Part shown: positions 1 to 12,274 of the stretch, piece by piece
How positions within the stretch are numbered: position 1 is the first letter of the stretch
How the letters are laid out: the number at the start of each line of letters is the position of its first letter
Source: Selaginella moellendorffii
Lineage: Eukaryota > Plantae > Lycopodiophyta
Reading direction: 5' to 3'
DNA length: 64,000 nt
NCBI RefSeq assembly: GCF_000143415.4
Contig: NW_003314352.1
Location: 165,765 to 229,764 of the forward strand
The notes under the pieces: model-generated
The model's database searches: none
Told to the model about the DNA's origin: nothing
The model's input: only the letters and a program-made list of their open reading frames with translations
Made by a program: the position numbers and the translations under genes

Positions 1-27
1 CGCGATGGATTGCCGCATTTCACCGCC

Positions 28-1263
28 ATGGACTCGCTGGATCTCAATCTCCACCTAGCGCCGCCCCCAGCAGCCGTGCATCCGGCCGCGACGCCGCCAT
101 ATCCACTGTGGCAGCCATCGCGATCGGAGTTCATAGGCCACGGCATGTTTAACTTCCAGCCTCTGCCGACGCCACAGCCGATCTGGACGAGGTTCTTCCT
201 CGAGTATCCGCCCAGCCCCAGCCCGCCATCGCCAGGGGAGATCGACTTTAGCAACCCGTACCATTACCACGACTACCACCACGAACACCACTCGCCCTTC
301 TGGGGGATGGATTTCTCCGACGTTGACTCTGGGCAGGAGCTCGACCTGGATCTCTCGCCGCTCCTCCACGACCACTTTCTCCGCGAGGAAGACGACGAGC
401 TGGAAGCGGCATTGCTCGAAGGAGAAGAGCAGCACCATCAAGAAGATGGCGATCGAGATCACGAGCAGGATTGGTGGGGTGCCAGGAGCAGCAGCGCTGC
501 TACGACCACCAGATTGAATTCAAGCGGCAGAGCGACACCGGCAGCAGCAGTGGCGGCGGTGGCTGCCACTGAAGCTCCACAGTCATCGTCCTCAAAGTCT
601 CAATATCTCCCGAGGAAGAAGAACAGCGCGTCAGCTTCTTCGCTGGATTTGAATTCCCAGCAGCACCAGCAGCAGCAGCAGGATGAAGATCAAAGCCAGG
701 CCAAGCTACTCTGCGACGATCAAGAGCAACAGCAGCAGCGATCCGGATCCGCCAAGGAGTTCTTCTTCGATTGCAACGTTTGCTTCGATGTGGCGAGCGA
801 GCCGGTGGTGACGAGCTGCGGCCACCTCTTTTGCTGGCCCTGCCTCTACCAGTGGCTCCACGTCCACTCCCACAATGACGAGTGCCCGGTCTGCAAGGGC
901 GCCGTCTCGGACGCTGACGTCATACCCATTTACGGCCGCGGCGGCGACGGCGGCCCCAGCGTGGAGCGATCCTGCCCGTCCGCCAGCATATTCGCGCAGC
1001 ACATCCCGCCCCGGCCGCGCGCCCGCCGGGCCGACTCGGTCCGGCTGCGCCACCCTGGCACAGACGTGGCGCTGGCGGAGATGCTGAGATGGCGGAGGTT
1101 CATGCGCATGTGGCACCAGCACACCAGCCGTCTGATGCTGGAGAGGCGTGGCGCGATCGACGGTGGGGGGCGGCCGGCGATGGTGCCCGCGTCCATGATC
1201 GACCAGCTCCATCACCAGTGGCCATACAATGTGGCCAGTACGGAACTAGAGAGGCGGATGTAA
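28..1263 (+). CDS. C3HC4 RING-finger E3 ubiquitin ligase (RNF5/RMA-like)
   Basis: Contains CNVCFDVASEPVVTSCGHLFCWPCLYQWLHVHSHNDECPVCKG followed by IPIYGRG and IPPRPRARR, typical of plant RNF5/RMA-like proteins. ATG at 28 (MDSLDLNL). No intron needed. Confidence 0.88.
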   Translation: MDSLDLNLHLAPPPAAVHPAATPPYPLWQPSRSEFIGHGMFNFQPLPTPQPIWTRFFLEYPPSPSPPSPGEIDFSNPYHYHDYHHEHHSPFWGMDFSDVDSGQELDLDLSPLLHDHFLREEDDELEAALLEGEEQHHQEDGDRDHEQDWWGARSSSAATTTRLNSSGRATPAAAVAAVAATEAPQSSSSKSQYLPRKKNSASASSLDLNSQQHQQQQQDEDQSQAKLLCDDQEQQQQRSGSAKEFFFDCNVCFDVASEPVVTSCGHLFCWPCLYQWLHVHSHNDECPVCKGAVSDADVIPIYGRGGDGGPSVERSCPSASIFAQHIPPRPRARRADSVRLRHPGTDVALAEMLRWRRFMRMWHQHTSRLMLERRGAIDGGGRPAMVPASMIDQLHHQWPYNVASTELERRM

Positions 1264-1450
1264 GGAGAGAGCCAGGGAATATGCTTCGGGTGGATATGAA
1301 ACGCCGGTTCCTATTTTGTTTTTTGAATTGGCCGGGATTTGGTGGGAAAACGAGACATAGGGTTCTTAAGAGAGCGAGGAGGAAGGATCGTCCAGGGCGC
1401 CCAGCGGTGAGTGCGTTTCTCGATCGGTTCTGGCCTGGAAAGGAGTGATT

Positions 1451-2855
1451 ATGGCTGGCGCTGGCGTCGCGAGGCAGAGCAGGCGGCGGACCAAGCCAGC
1501 TGCCGCGGCTGACACGGAGGCGGCGGCGGCGATCGAGGCCCAGCGTGCTGCTGTTGCTGCAGCTACCAATCTTCCTCTTCCTTCATTCAATTTTGCTACC
1601 AAGGAGGCGCTCCCGACCAGGACTGTGGCCGCGTCCAGGGCGAAGGCGCTCAAGGAGAAGAATGCCGCTGCCGACGCAGCGGCTCCTGCCGCTAAGAAGA
1701 ACCTTCAGGGGGAGTTCCAGGATTCTTGCCAGGAGATCCGCAAGAGCTGGGAGTTTTTCTCCGCCGCCAAGGTGTTTCTCCTCCTCTTCGCGGCTGCGGG
1801 GATAAGCACCACGCTGTTGAGCCTCCGCGAGAGCGATCAAGGGCAGCTTCTCCCTGAGACGCCCACGGCAGCGAAGGTCTCGGAGGTGGAGGATTTCATG
1901 AGGAAGACGAGCAAGTGGTTGCAAGTGCAGCTGGATGTGGTGGACGACAAGATCGGCAAGGAAGTGTCGGGCGTTCGATCGGAGCTGGAGGAGAAGCTGT
2001 CGGAGAGGACCCGGGGCTTCGAGAAGGACATTGGAAGCATCAAGGCTCAGGTCCAAAAGGTGGACAACTCGCTCAAGATGCTCTACAGCCAGGAGCTCTT
2101 GTCCAGGGAGGAGACTTTGGAGCTCGTCAAGTCGGCCATGGACCAGCGCGCTCGAGAAGGGAGTGACAAGGCCATTAGCCTGGACGACGTGCGCGCAGCC
2201 GCGAGAAAGGTGGTGCAGAGTGAACTGGAGACGCATGCCGCGGATGGGATCGGGAGAGTGGATTTTGCTCTGGAAAGTGGTGGAGGAAAGGTGGTTCATC
2301 ACTCGGACGGCTACTTCCAGGGGCTGCACTGGACCAGGCTGGGGATTCATGTCCTCCCGGGTGTTTTTCGGAGGCACCCGATGGCTGATAGGCTTCTCCG
2401 GCCCAGCTTTGGAGAGCCCGGGCAGTGTCTGCCTCTCAAAGGCAGCAATGTGACAGTGGACATCAGGCTGCGGGCTCACATTTTTCCAGAAGCGGTGACA
2501 TTGGAGCACTTGTCTAAGGTAACGCAAAAGTTGATTTTCTCTTTGTGTTTCTCGGCCTAACAGCTTGCTTTCTCAGAAAGTAGCCTATGACCCAAGAAGT
2601 GCACCCAGAGATTTCGAGATCTGTGCTTGGCGTACTGTGAAAGACGACGTTCTCGATGCCAGGAACGTTACTTCTCTTGGGAGGTTCACGTATGATCTCG
2701 AAAAAGGAAGCATCCAGACATTCGATCTTTCCGACAAGCCGACATCTTCAGTCAACATGATCCGGTTGCACGTTCTCTCAAACTACGGCAGTCCGACGCA
2801 CACTTGCTTGTATCGGTTGCGAGTACATGGCACTGAGGACGGAGTTATGGCTTGA
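1451..2855 (+). CDS. C-terminal SUN-domain nuclear envelope protein (SUN1/2-like); intron 2519-2576
   Basis: TM segment, coiled coil, then SUN domain (DFALESGGG, PSFGEPGQCLPLKG, EHLSK|KVAYD, SNYGSPTHTCLYRLRVHG). A GT-AG intron joins the two ORFs in frame. Confidence 0.92.
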
Positions 2856-2921
2856 GGAAACAGATGGGAGGCGCTTGTACAGTATGGTAGAGTTAGAGGG
2901 AGTTGCTATAGGGTTTTGGCA

Positions 2922-4093
2922 ATGGCAGTGAATGCTAGGCAGTCAGCTCCGCCTCCTACATTTCTGGGTGCTGGTGCCAAGACAAGGAAAAAGGTGGGAT
3001 CACTCTGCTCGTCTTGTTCACCGAGTTTTGGCTCCGAGGATCAGGCTCCTGAGTTTGTGAGAGGCAAGCTTCTTAGTGAACTATCGACTTGGGGCATTGG
3101 CGGAGCTGCGCGGCTCTTTGTAGAAGTCCGAAACAGAGAGCAGCTCGTTTCTTCTATAAGGTATGTTGTTTTTTTTTCACTGTCTCTGTCGTAGTTGAGC
3201 ATTTCCTTCACAGGCACTGCCGCGAGCACAACCTCAAGTTCCTGGCTCTGGGAAAAGGATCCAATTGCCTCTTCGACGATCGCGGATTCGACGGCTGTGT
3301 AATCCTCAGTCGCATCAACGACATGCACGAGAATGGCTGTGGACGCTACCGAGTTGGCAGTGGCTATCCTTTCAATCTCCTGGGGATTCACACGTCAAAG
3401 CAGGGTTTCGGGGGGCTCGAGTTTGCGTCTGGCATTCCTGGGACTGTAGGCGGGGCAGTGTTTATGAATGCTGGAGCTGATGGCCAGGTATGTCTTTGAT
3501 CCTTCCATGTTTTCAAGTAAGTAAAACCCGAGCATCAACTTGTTGCGTCTAGGAAACAATAGAAGTCCTCGAGGCGGTGGAGTTCGTCGACACGAACGGA
3601 CAAACACGCGAGCTGCTGAAGAAACAAGGAGAGCTTGCCTGCAGCTACCGGAAGTCTCCATTCCAGGGAATGCCAGACCTTGGAGCCATTCTCTCCGCCA
3701 CCTTCCAGCTCCAGCCGTGCCCTCTCTCTCGCGACAGGCAAAGAGACTATCTCGCCAGGTGAGAGCTCAGCCTTCTCCCATCACTTCCATCTAACATCAC
3801 GACCTTCCGGCAGGAGAAAGCAAACCCAGCCAGTGAACGAGCGAAGCGCAGGGTGTGTGTTTCGAAATCCAGGCAAGGGGTGCCAATCAGCGGGAGCCTT
3901 GATAGAGGCCGTGGGGCTCAAAGGGCTGAGGATTGGAGGAGCAAAGGTGTCCGAGCTTCACGCCAACTTCTTGATCAACACGGGCGGCGCCAAAGCCAGC
4001 GACGTCTTGTCCCTCATCTCGGTGATCAAGGACCGCGTGAGAGCCGAGAGTGGCATCCAGTTGGAGCAGGAAGTACGTTACATCCCGTACTAG
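2922..4093 (+). CDS. murB: Plastid UDP-N-acetylenolpyruvoylglucosamine reductase; introns 3161-3213, 3488-3552, 3759-3813
   Basis: Motifs TWGIGGAA, LGKGSNCL, GLEFASGIPGTVGGAVFMNAGA, SAGCVFRNP, HANFLIN, LEQEV. Transit-peptide-like N-terminus. Three GT-AG introns keep the frame. Confidence 0.93.
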
Positions 4094-4156
4094 AAGCTCC
4101 CTCCTCCACAACCAGGTACACGGGAGAGAGAAAAAGGAAGCTTTCATTCTCAATGT

Positions 4157-7100
4157 CTAGTGTTTGCTTTTCTTTTTGTTCATGCTTCCTTCTCCTTCCA
4201 AGATGTGAGTGTAATCCTCGGCACTTGCATATAGAGATTTTCTCTTTGACCCCGTTGATCCATCTTGTGTCCTGTTCTTCGCGCCCCTTCTGTTCTTGTT
4301 CTTCGTCTTGTCCTTCGTATCCTCCATGAAGATCTCATCGAACTCGTCATCATCGGAGCTCTCATCTTCATCGTCGGGTACGTTCTTTGCGCTCTTCTTC
4401 TTCTTCTTACTGTTTTTCTTGTCTACAGCCAGAACCTCGGGTAGCTTCTCGTCGTCGTCGGATGAATCATCGTCGTCGTCCTGTAGATCAAACTCTGCAC
4501 CCTCCGAGTCATTTTCATCGAGCAGTCTATCGATTTCTTCCTCTCCCGAATCCCCTTCGTCGTCTACCAAACCAGCATCACCACCTTCTTCATCTTCATC
4601 ATCGCCTTCTTCATCATCGCTGCTAAGTTCTTCGTCACTTCCAACCATGTCGTCATCAAAGTCCTCGAGCGCCTTCTTTTTCTTCTTCACGCGTTTGCCC
4701 ATAGCCTCGGCCTTTGCGCGGTAAAACCTGTGGAAGATCAGATCCGATGGAGCAACGTCGTCTTCCGCCAAGGACGCCAACTTCATGCCCACGGGCGCAT
4801 TTGAAACAGCCTCCTGGAATCAAAGCTTCATGAGTGAAAAGAAGTAGAAAAAAAAATTGTCACCTTTTTGGTACTGTCAATCCCGATCTTGCGAGCTTTC
4901 GGCTTCCTTTCAGCGAAACGATCCAGAAAAGCGGTGAAGGCAAGGTCCTGAATTGGGTCACCAGAGTAAACAACCGCGGCATTTGAGAGAATCGTTTTGG
5001 CCATTGTTGAAACGGATGGATGAATGTGTGATGCGAGGATGGCAAGCTCCCACCAACAAGTTTGATCAGCTTTACTGCACAGATCATGATGTGAGAATTT
5101 TTTTTTTAAAGAAACCCACACTTACCAGTGGAGTGGATCACGATGTCGAGGATCATAACCTTTCGAGTTACGAGTATATTTCGCAGCTTCGCCCAGCAGC
5201 GGACTAGCTTTAGCTGTAGGCATGGCCTGCATTTTCTTCCCAGTTTCTTTTCTGTTGAATTCAGTCTCGCTGTCACCGTCTTCTCCAAGCGCCGCTGCCA
5301 TTTCAACGTCTACATCGATCTCTGAATCGCTATCGTCACGCAAAGGCTCTTTGCTAGCAGCATCTGGCAGCAACGCAGGCACATCTTGGTTCTCCGGTAG
5401 TTCCACGTCCTTGAAGTGTTCGATGTCATCGCCTTGGCTTGAAGGTTCTAAGATAAAGTTCCTGTAAACATTACAAAGCATTAAAAACATGAAAATCTTT
5501 GAAACAGAATGAGCATCGCCCACCATAGAATGTGTTTGGCCTTCAACACCTCTGACAAAAGCACCAGAAAAGCGCATCCTAGCTCGGGCGATTGGTGTAC
5601 AGCTACCTGAAATAGACCCTGAAAACGCCACAAAAAAACTATCTTGAAGATACCTGCATGAGGCGCTTTATAAATCCACAAGTCCGACTCGTGCTTACGT
5701 CGGACCTCAGAACCTTAAAAACTAGAGCAAGATACATCTCAATCTGAAACGCCACATATTAAAACATCTCTAGCAACAGTTCCTCGAGGAATCTCACCTT
5801 AGAAGATTTTAGAAGCGCAGGCGAAAGCATAACAGAATAAAGAGCACGGTAGAAACGTTCGCTGACGGTTTGATGCTTAGCGAGAATCTGATGCAAAAGG
5901 AGAAGAGCTTGCACTGCGACATTAAAATTTGTAGAGTGTGCCTAAACAAAAGGATTAATACGCCATTTAGATCGACAAGAAAATCCTTACCAGAAGGAAC
6001 AAGGACGGCGTGTGTTCCTCGATAATGTTTTCAGCGCTGTCCTCGGTTACGAATCGAAAAGCCTTGTTTACTCCCTACAGTACACAGTAGAAAAGGTACA
6101 AGGATGCCGTGAGCAAGACTTACTGTCAAAAGTGACGATATTAATCGCGAATCGAGAGCTGAAGCTTCGCTGTTGGAATTATCTTCATTTGTAGCGCCCT
6201 CAGACTGCTTTCGTGGTTTCTTTTGCGGATTTGTATCTTTCTTCATTCCACGACTGGTGATGGTCTAAGCATTCAAAATTGATCCTTTCAAGAAGAAACA
6301 GACAGCCAAGCATACCTTAAACATTACAAAATAAATGTCGATCAGCTGTTTCGCAAGATTTGGGCCTTCGCCTTTATAGCTTAGTCGTAATTGGTTCATG
6401 AACACGGACTAGGAAATAGGACAGATTAGTAACATTTTGCAATTTGAAAACGAAAAGAGCAAACAAGTAAATTACAGCATAGTAAATTGCGCGCATTCCA
6501 AGATTTGGCCGAAACATAAATGCCTCCACTTCGTTCAACACTACTTTCTGCAACAAAAGTATGAGCCACTAGCTCAAATGAATCTGAGGTATCAGTTACC
6601 GTCATATTGGGATGTTCTTTCAAAAGGCACGACAGAAAATAACCAGCATTGGAGGCAGCCTTTCTCTCAGGATCACCAAGCTGCCCATAACGAGCGTAAA
6701 CAATGCAGTGAAATAACTGTAAGTAATACCTTGTTAACGACAGCTGAGAGCAGCTTCTTTTCTTGTTCCGGCTTCGCCTTCAAGAGTTCGTACAGAGTCT
6801 ATGGAAACTATTCTTAAGCGGGAAAATGTAGAATTTCATCGAACGAGTACCTTCACTGTTTTCAGCTTAAGGTAGACAAGCGCATCTTTGGTTCCCTCTA
6901 TAACAGCATTCACGAACTTCTCGTACCTGAATAAAAAAAATCGGTCAGTGAGCAAGCAGGGCAACAGATGAAAAATCACAGAACACCTCTCTTTAATGCA
7001 ATCCTCCCAAAACCACCACAAAAGGAGAATTGCACCTTCTTTGGTTTCAGGCAAAGTCGCGAGAGGTTGCCGAGCAAAATATGTTAGTTTCCGATCTGGC

Positions 7101-7935
7101 AACAAGCTGACGCCTGGTTAAGTTAAAATCTCAAGAGGAAAACAATCAAACTTGGAAGCTACCTCATGATAAACAATTCTTTCAACACGTCTAGCCCGGA
7201 TAAGGCGTGTCGTTTGCCTCCCTTCGAGGTAACCATTGCTGAAAAAGAAGCGTTACCACAAACCTAAGACACACACTCGAACCAATACTTACCGAGAAGC
7301 GAGTCCAGCGTCTGAAGATTTGCCACAGGATTTTCCTGGATCAAGATAGTCATGGCAGCAACTTTGTCTCCAGAAGTTCCCGACCTGCGAGCGGATTGGA
7401 TCATCCTCATGTCACTGCTGTTCCGCCTTGATCTCTCGAACTCCACCGCAACCAGCTGGAGCAATGCCTCGGCCTCCTTGCGTTTCAGCTGGACAAAACC
7501 ATCAGCCACCTCTTTCTCCGGTTCCACGAACTGGATAGCCGACGAAATCCCCGCGGCAGTCTCGTACCATTTCTCGCCACTTCCGGCCCAGCGCGAAAGC
7601 GAGTGAACGACATCCTTCCCAAACCTGACCTTGGCTACGCTCACATTTACTTTCTTCGCCTCGTTCTTCCAGTCCTCGGCCCTTGGCTTCGGTGGAGGCC
7701 ATTTCCTAGCTTGAGAGCCCGCATTTCTACCATCTCTTCTACTGTTACCTCCGGTTTCCTTCTTCTTCCTGGGGATCCTCTGGGATTTCTCTGCCTTGTC
7801 GGGATTTCTGGCGGTGCCGCGCTTCAGAGGCCCCTTCTTCCGGAAATCCGCATCATTGAAGCCCACCTGCGACGAGGCGAGCCCCAAATTCGCAGCGAAC
7901 GAGGCGACATCGGCTTTCAGCTCCTCGTCAGTCAT
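4157..7935 (-). CDS. CCAAT-binding factor / NOC1 (MAK21/CEBPZ-like) ribosome biogenesis protein, multi-exon
   Basis: Exon fragments GTSGDKVAAMTILIQENP, LLPDRKL, DSRLISSLLT, GYDPRHRDP, HPSV...YSGDPIQD...FLDRF and an acidic C-terminal tail. Exact exon boundaries not all resolved. Confidence 0.88.
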
Positions 7936-8111
7936 TCCTTAAACCCTAGTCTATAAACCCTAAAACAAGGAATATACTATTTCTTAAAGGACCAGCGGGG
8001 CTAAAATCATATTCTTCTAGGGCTAAGTCGGCCATTTTTATTTTTATTGGACTGCGTGTGTGTGGGCACTCTTCTCTCTCTCGCGCGCGCCAAGCTTCGC
8101 TCGTCTCAAAG

Positions 8112-8393
8112 ATGGTGTTCTTCTTCCTCTTCTTTGCGGTGGTTATCGTGGTGGATTTTTCTGCCCTTTTCTTGGTCCACAAGGAGTGGAAGCTCGCCAA
8201 GAGGACATCCCTCGCTGCAGCCCAGGAAATCTCTTCAATCGCTATTGACATCGACGCTCTTGTTGAGGTGAGTTTAAGGGTCTTTCTCTCTTGAATCTTG
8301 ATTCTCTGTTTCCCTCTTTCCTTTTTTTTGTTCTTGCTCGTTAACCTCTTTTCTGCGCAGGGGGCCGCCCGAGCTGCAGCTCATTCTCCGTGA
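8112..8393 (+). CDS. Possible small hydrophobic protein (about 62 aa, two exons, intron 8268-8360)
   Basis: ATG 8112, hydrophobic N-terminus, GTGAG donor and pyrimidine-rich GCAG acceptor. No recognisable family. Confidence 0.3.
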
Positions 8394-8579
8394 TGACGAA
8401 AAGGTGGTGGAGCTACAGGAACTCGCCCAAAGCTCGGGCAACCTTGGGCATGGAAGTCACCTCAATTGATTAAAACTTTGGCCTGACATTTTGGAAGATC
8501 ATATAGATCCACAGGTAAAAGTTTCGAAAACAAGTTACAATGTCTGACTTCCCGTGTTACTCTTTAGGACACGAGCAAG

Positions 8580-11500
8580 TTACGTTCCTCCCAGAGAAGC
8601 AATGTTGGACAAGACTACGTACGTTGCAGCATCCTCGGGCTGGCGCGCGAGAATTCTCTCCACTGCTCGCTTCCCACGCTCCGAGTCTCCATGGATCCCG
8701 CACGCAGCTAGGAAGCTCGTCCAGAGAACGACGAGAGGGTCATCACCACTGCCACCACTACTTCGGGATGATGAAAGCTCCTGCCTCCTGTTTCTAAGTT
8801 TGACGGCCACCATCTCCTCGGCCTCGTCCAGCAATCCAGCCCGGCCGAGCACGTCGATCACGCAGCAGTAGTGTGTAGCCGATGGAGTAAGGCCGTGATC
8901 CGTGCTCATGGAGCTCAACTGGTAGCAGCAGGCCTCCACGAATCCGGCATGACTCAGTGTGGAGAGAACGCTCACGAAAGTCACCAAGTCCGGATCAATG
9001 CCCGATAGCCGCATGCACTCGAGCACTCGGATCACTTCGCTCGGCCTTGCGCCGTGGGCCAACGCCGTGGCCAGTCCGTTCCAAGCCAGCAAGCTTTTCT
9101 CGTGTGGCACTAGCGTCAGGAACGTTTCCACTGCGGCTTCCAGCTTTCCACACTTTCCAAACAGGTTGATGCCGGCTGCTGCGACTTCTGCTCCAAATCC
9201 TGCCCGGACTGCCTCGGAGAAAACACGTTGGCCAAGCTCGAGCTCCGAGTTGGCGGTGCATGCATTCAGGACCGCAACGAATGTGAGGCTGTCGGGAGCA
9301 ACTTTGGAGTCTTTCATCCGCTGGAACAAGTCGAAAACTCTCTGGAACTCGCCATAGTGCGACAGGGCCGAGATCATCGCATTCCAAGACACCACATCAG
9401 GCTGCTGTATCGTGCCGAAAGTCGTCGCCGCGTCCTCGAGGCTTCCACATTCCGAGTACATGTGAACCAAGGCTGTTGCGACGATAAGATCCAGGCTGCC
9501 GCTGCTCTCCCTGGCAAGTTGATGAAGAATCCTTCCATGAGTTAGATCCTCTCGGCTCTGCTTGCAAACGCCTAGGATGGTGATGAAGGTATAGTTGTCA
9601 GGTCTGGAGTCGCTCTCCAGCAGCATATGTCGAAACAGGCACCGGCATTCCCTGCTTTCTCCGACTTGAGCACAGGCCGACAGGATGGAGTTCCAGCTGA
9701 CAACGTTGCGAGTCCACATCCTAGAGAAGATCTCACGGGCCTCCCTCAAGTTTCCCAGTTTGGCATGCACGCTCAGAGCGGCATTTCCAACCACGAGCTC
9801 TCGATCTTGTCCAAGTTCGACGCAGCACCGGTATACCCGCATCACGCTCTTGAGTTCATCAGCTTCAAGTTCCACTTTCGAGCAAGCAGTCAGCACGGCA
9901 GCCATTGTCACCTTGTTTGGAGCTTCACCCTGGAGCTGCATGAGTTGGAAATACAGCAGCGCTTCTCCAAAGAAACCGTGCTGCCCGTAGGCGGAGACCA
10001 TGGCAGTCCAGCAAACAACGTTGCGGTCTCCAAGGCTGAGTGTTTCAAATACGCAACGTGCCTCCTCCAGCCTTCCGCACTTGCTGTAAGTGTCGAGCAG
10101 TGCAGTGGCTACGAACGTATCTCGAGCGTAACCACGCTGGATTATATGGCCGTGTAGTCCCTCCACAACCGGTCGAGCTTCTAAAGTGGNNNNNNNNNNN
10201 NNNNNNNNNNNNNNNNNNNNNNNNNNNNNNNNNNNNNNNNNNNNNNNNNNNNNNNNNNNNNNNNNNNNNNNNNNNNNNNNNNNNNNNNNNNNNNNNNNNN
10301 NNNNNNNNNNNNNNNNNNNNNNNNNNNNNNNNNNNNNNNNNNNNNNNNNNNNNNNNNNNNNNNNNNNNNNNNNNNNNNNNNNNNNNNNNNNNNNNNNNNN
10401 NNNNNNNNNNNNNNNNNNNNNNNNNNNNNNNNNNNNNNNNNNNNNNNNNNNNNNNNNNNNNNNNNNNNNNNNNNNNNNNNNNNNNNNNNNNNNNNNNNTA
10501 CTGTGGCTGAGGCTTCTAGGTTTCCACACTTGCCATACATTCCCATGATGGCAGCGGCTAGCTCTACCTCGTCGCCAAGCTCTACAACACAAGCATGGAT
10601 CAGTTTGCTCTTGAGAAAGAACTTTGAGTTTGAACAAACCTTAAGCATCGCTAGCAACGTAATCTTGTCCGGTAGAAAACCTTGGAGCTGCATCTGCTGG
10701 AACAAGTTGATAGCTTCTTCGTAGTGTGCATAATGTACGTAGGCTCCGATGATAGTGTTCCAGGAAATTAGATCCTTGCGAATTTCTGCAAACACTCGGA
10801 CTGCCTCTTCCAAGCTCCCACACCTCGCGTACATGTTCATGACAGCGTTCATGAGGCTGGCGAGGCCCCCGAGTCCCAGTTCTCGAGCGTGAGAATGGAC
10901 CATCCTGCCCACGGCGAGGAAACAAGAGCGATCCAAGGCGTCAACAATCGTCAGCAGAGTCACTCTATCCGGCTTGATTCCCTCCAGCTGCATGAGTCCG
11001 AAGTACTGCATCGTCGTAGCACTGTGTCCTTGCTTCGTGCTCGCAGCCATCCTTCGTGTCCACAAGACAACGCTGTCGTGGTGAGGAGCATAGTTGAACA
11101 GCACGTCCAGATTCTGGCCCTTGGAGTAGAGGCTAAAGATTGCTGCTTCCACCCGGACGTCTGCATGGAATCCTTTCTCGATAGCCTGCTCGTGAAGAAC
11201 CCGGCCCTGTTCCAAATCCCCGAGACCACTGCAAGCGTTGAGAGCCTTGACAAAGCTCGACCTGTCCGGCACCACGTCCATCTCCTGAAAGAGCCTCAGC
11301 ACTTCTGAGTAGTCAAACCTCCGCATATAAACGTCCATCATCGCATTCCAAGTTCTCACGTCCTTGGCGAGAACACCCTCAAAAACCTGTCGCGCATGGC
11401 CAAAATCCGGAAGCATTGAGACGAGAGCAGTCCCAACGATGGTCTCGCTGTCCCGGCCAGTCTCCACGGCGATGGAGTGGAGTAAGCGAGAGGCTCGGCC

Positions 11501-11989
11501 TCGATCTTCCAGATTCCCGCAAACGCTGATCACCGTCGCGAGAGTGGGACTATCCGGAGGAACTCCTTCCAGCAGCATGGTGTGAAAAACCGAGAAAGCC
11601 GAGTGGAAGTGGAATTCTCGAGCGAGAGCGCCTATCATGCTGGTCCATGGAACCGGGCCGCGGTTGGGCATTTTGTAGAAGGAGCGCTGGGCCTCGTCGG
11701 GGCGACCACAGGCGAGATACATGACCACAAGCCTGTTTCCAAGGAACACGTTAGAATCCAGCGCGAGGTTGGAGATGCGAGCATGAACCAGCAGACCTTG
11801 GTGGAGATCCTTGCTCGCGGCGCAGGCATCCAGGAGCTGCGCATAGTCGTCGGGCGATATTTCGGCCCGCCTCTCGACAGACGATCCATGATGAAATTCA
11901 GTGCTGTGGGCAGCATTGGAGAAATCTTGTCCCGGAGATCGATTCCTCAAGGATAGGATTCCTGAGAATCGAGACTTACTGCGCAGCAT
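8580..11989 (-). CDS. PLS-class pentatricopeptide repeat protein with E-like C-terminus; spans N gap 10190-10499
   Basis: Repeated PPR motifs (MYARCGSLEEA, VSWNAMISA, HYCCVIDVLGRAGLLDEAE, WTSFLAACGIHGD, ATYVVLSNI). No DYW domain. Could be two genes across the gap. Confidence 0.88.
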
Positions 11990-12050
11990 TCGCTAGCTCA
12001 TCGCCGCCCTCCCTCCAAATGCCGGATCGACTTGAAAATGCCGCTCCGCA

Positions 12051-12078
12051 TAAACCCTAACGTAGGGTTTACCACGTG
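12051..12078. promoter_or_regulatory. Inverted telo-box pair plus G-box in the divergent PPR/Prx promoter
   Basis: TAAACCCTA-acg-TAGGGTTTA (12051-12071) and CACGTG at 12073. Confidence 0.45.
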
Positions 12079-12274
12079 TCACGCTTGAATTTGGCCACGT
12101 AGAGAAGATATTCCCATCGCATATTTTTCTCCTCCTCCGCTGTTCTTGGGCTTTTTCGTCGTCGCAAGGGCTACATCGTTCGTTCGCGGGGCGGAGGTAA
12201 AAGCCGCAGCTTTTAGGTCTTCGTTCGCTCGATTGATTGCTACATTCTTTCGCAGAATCTCCGATAATCTGTCC

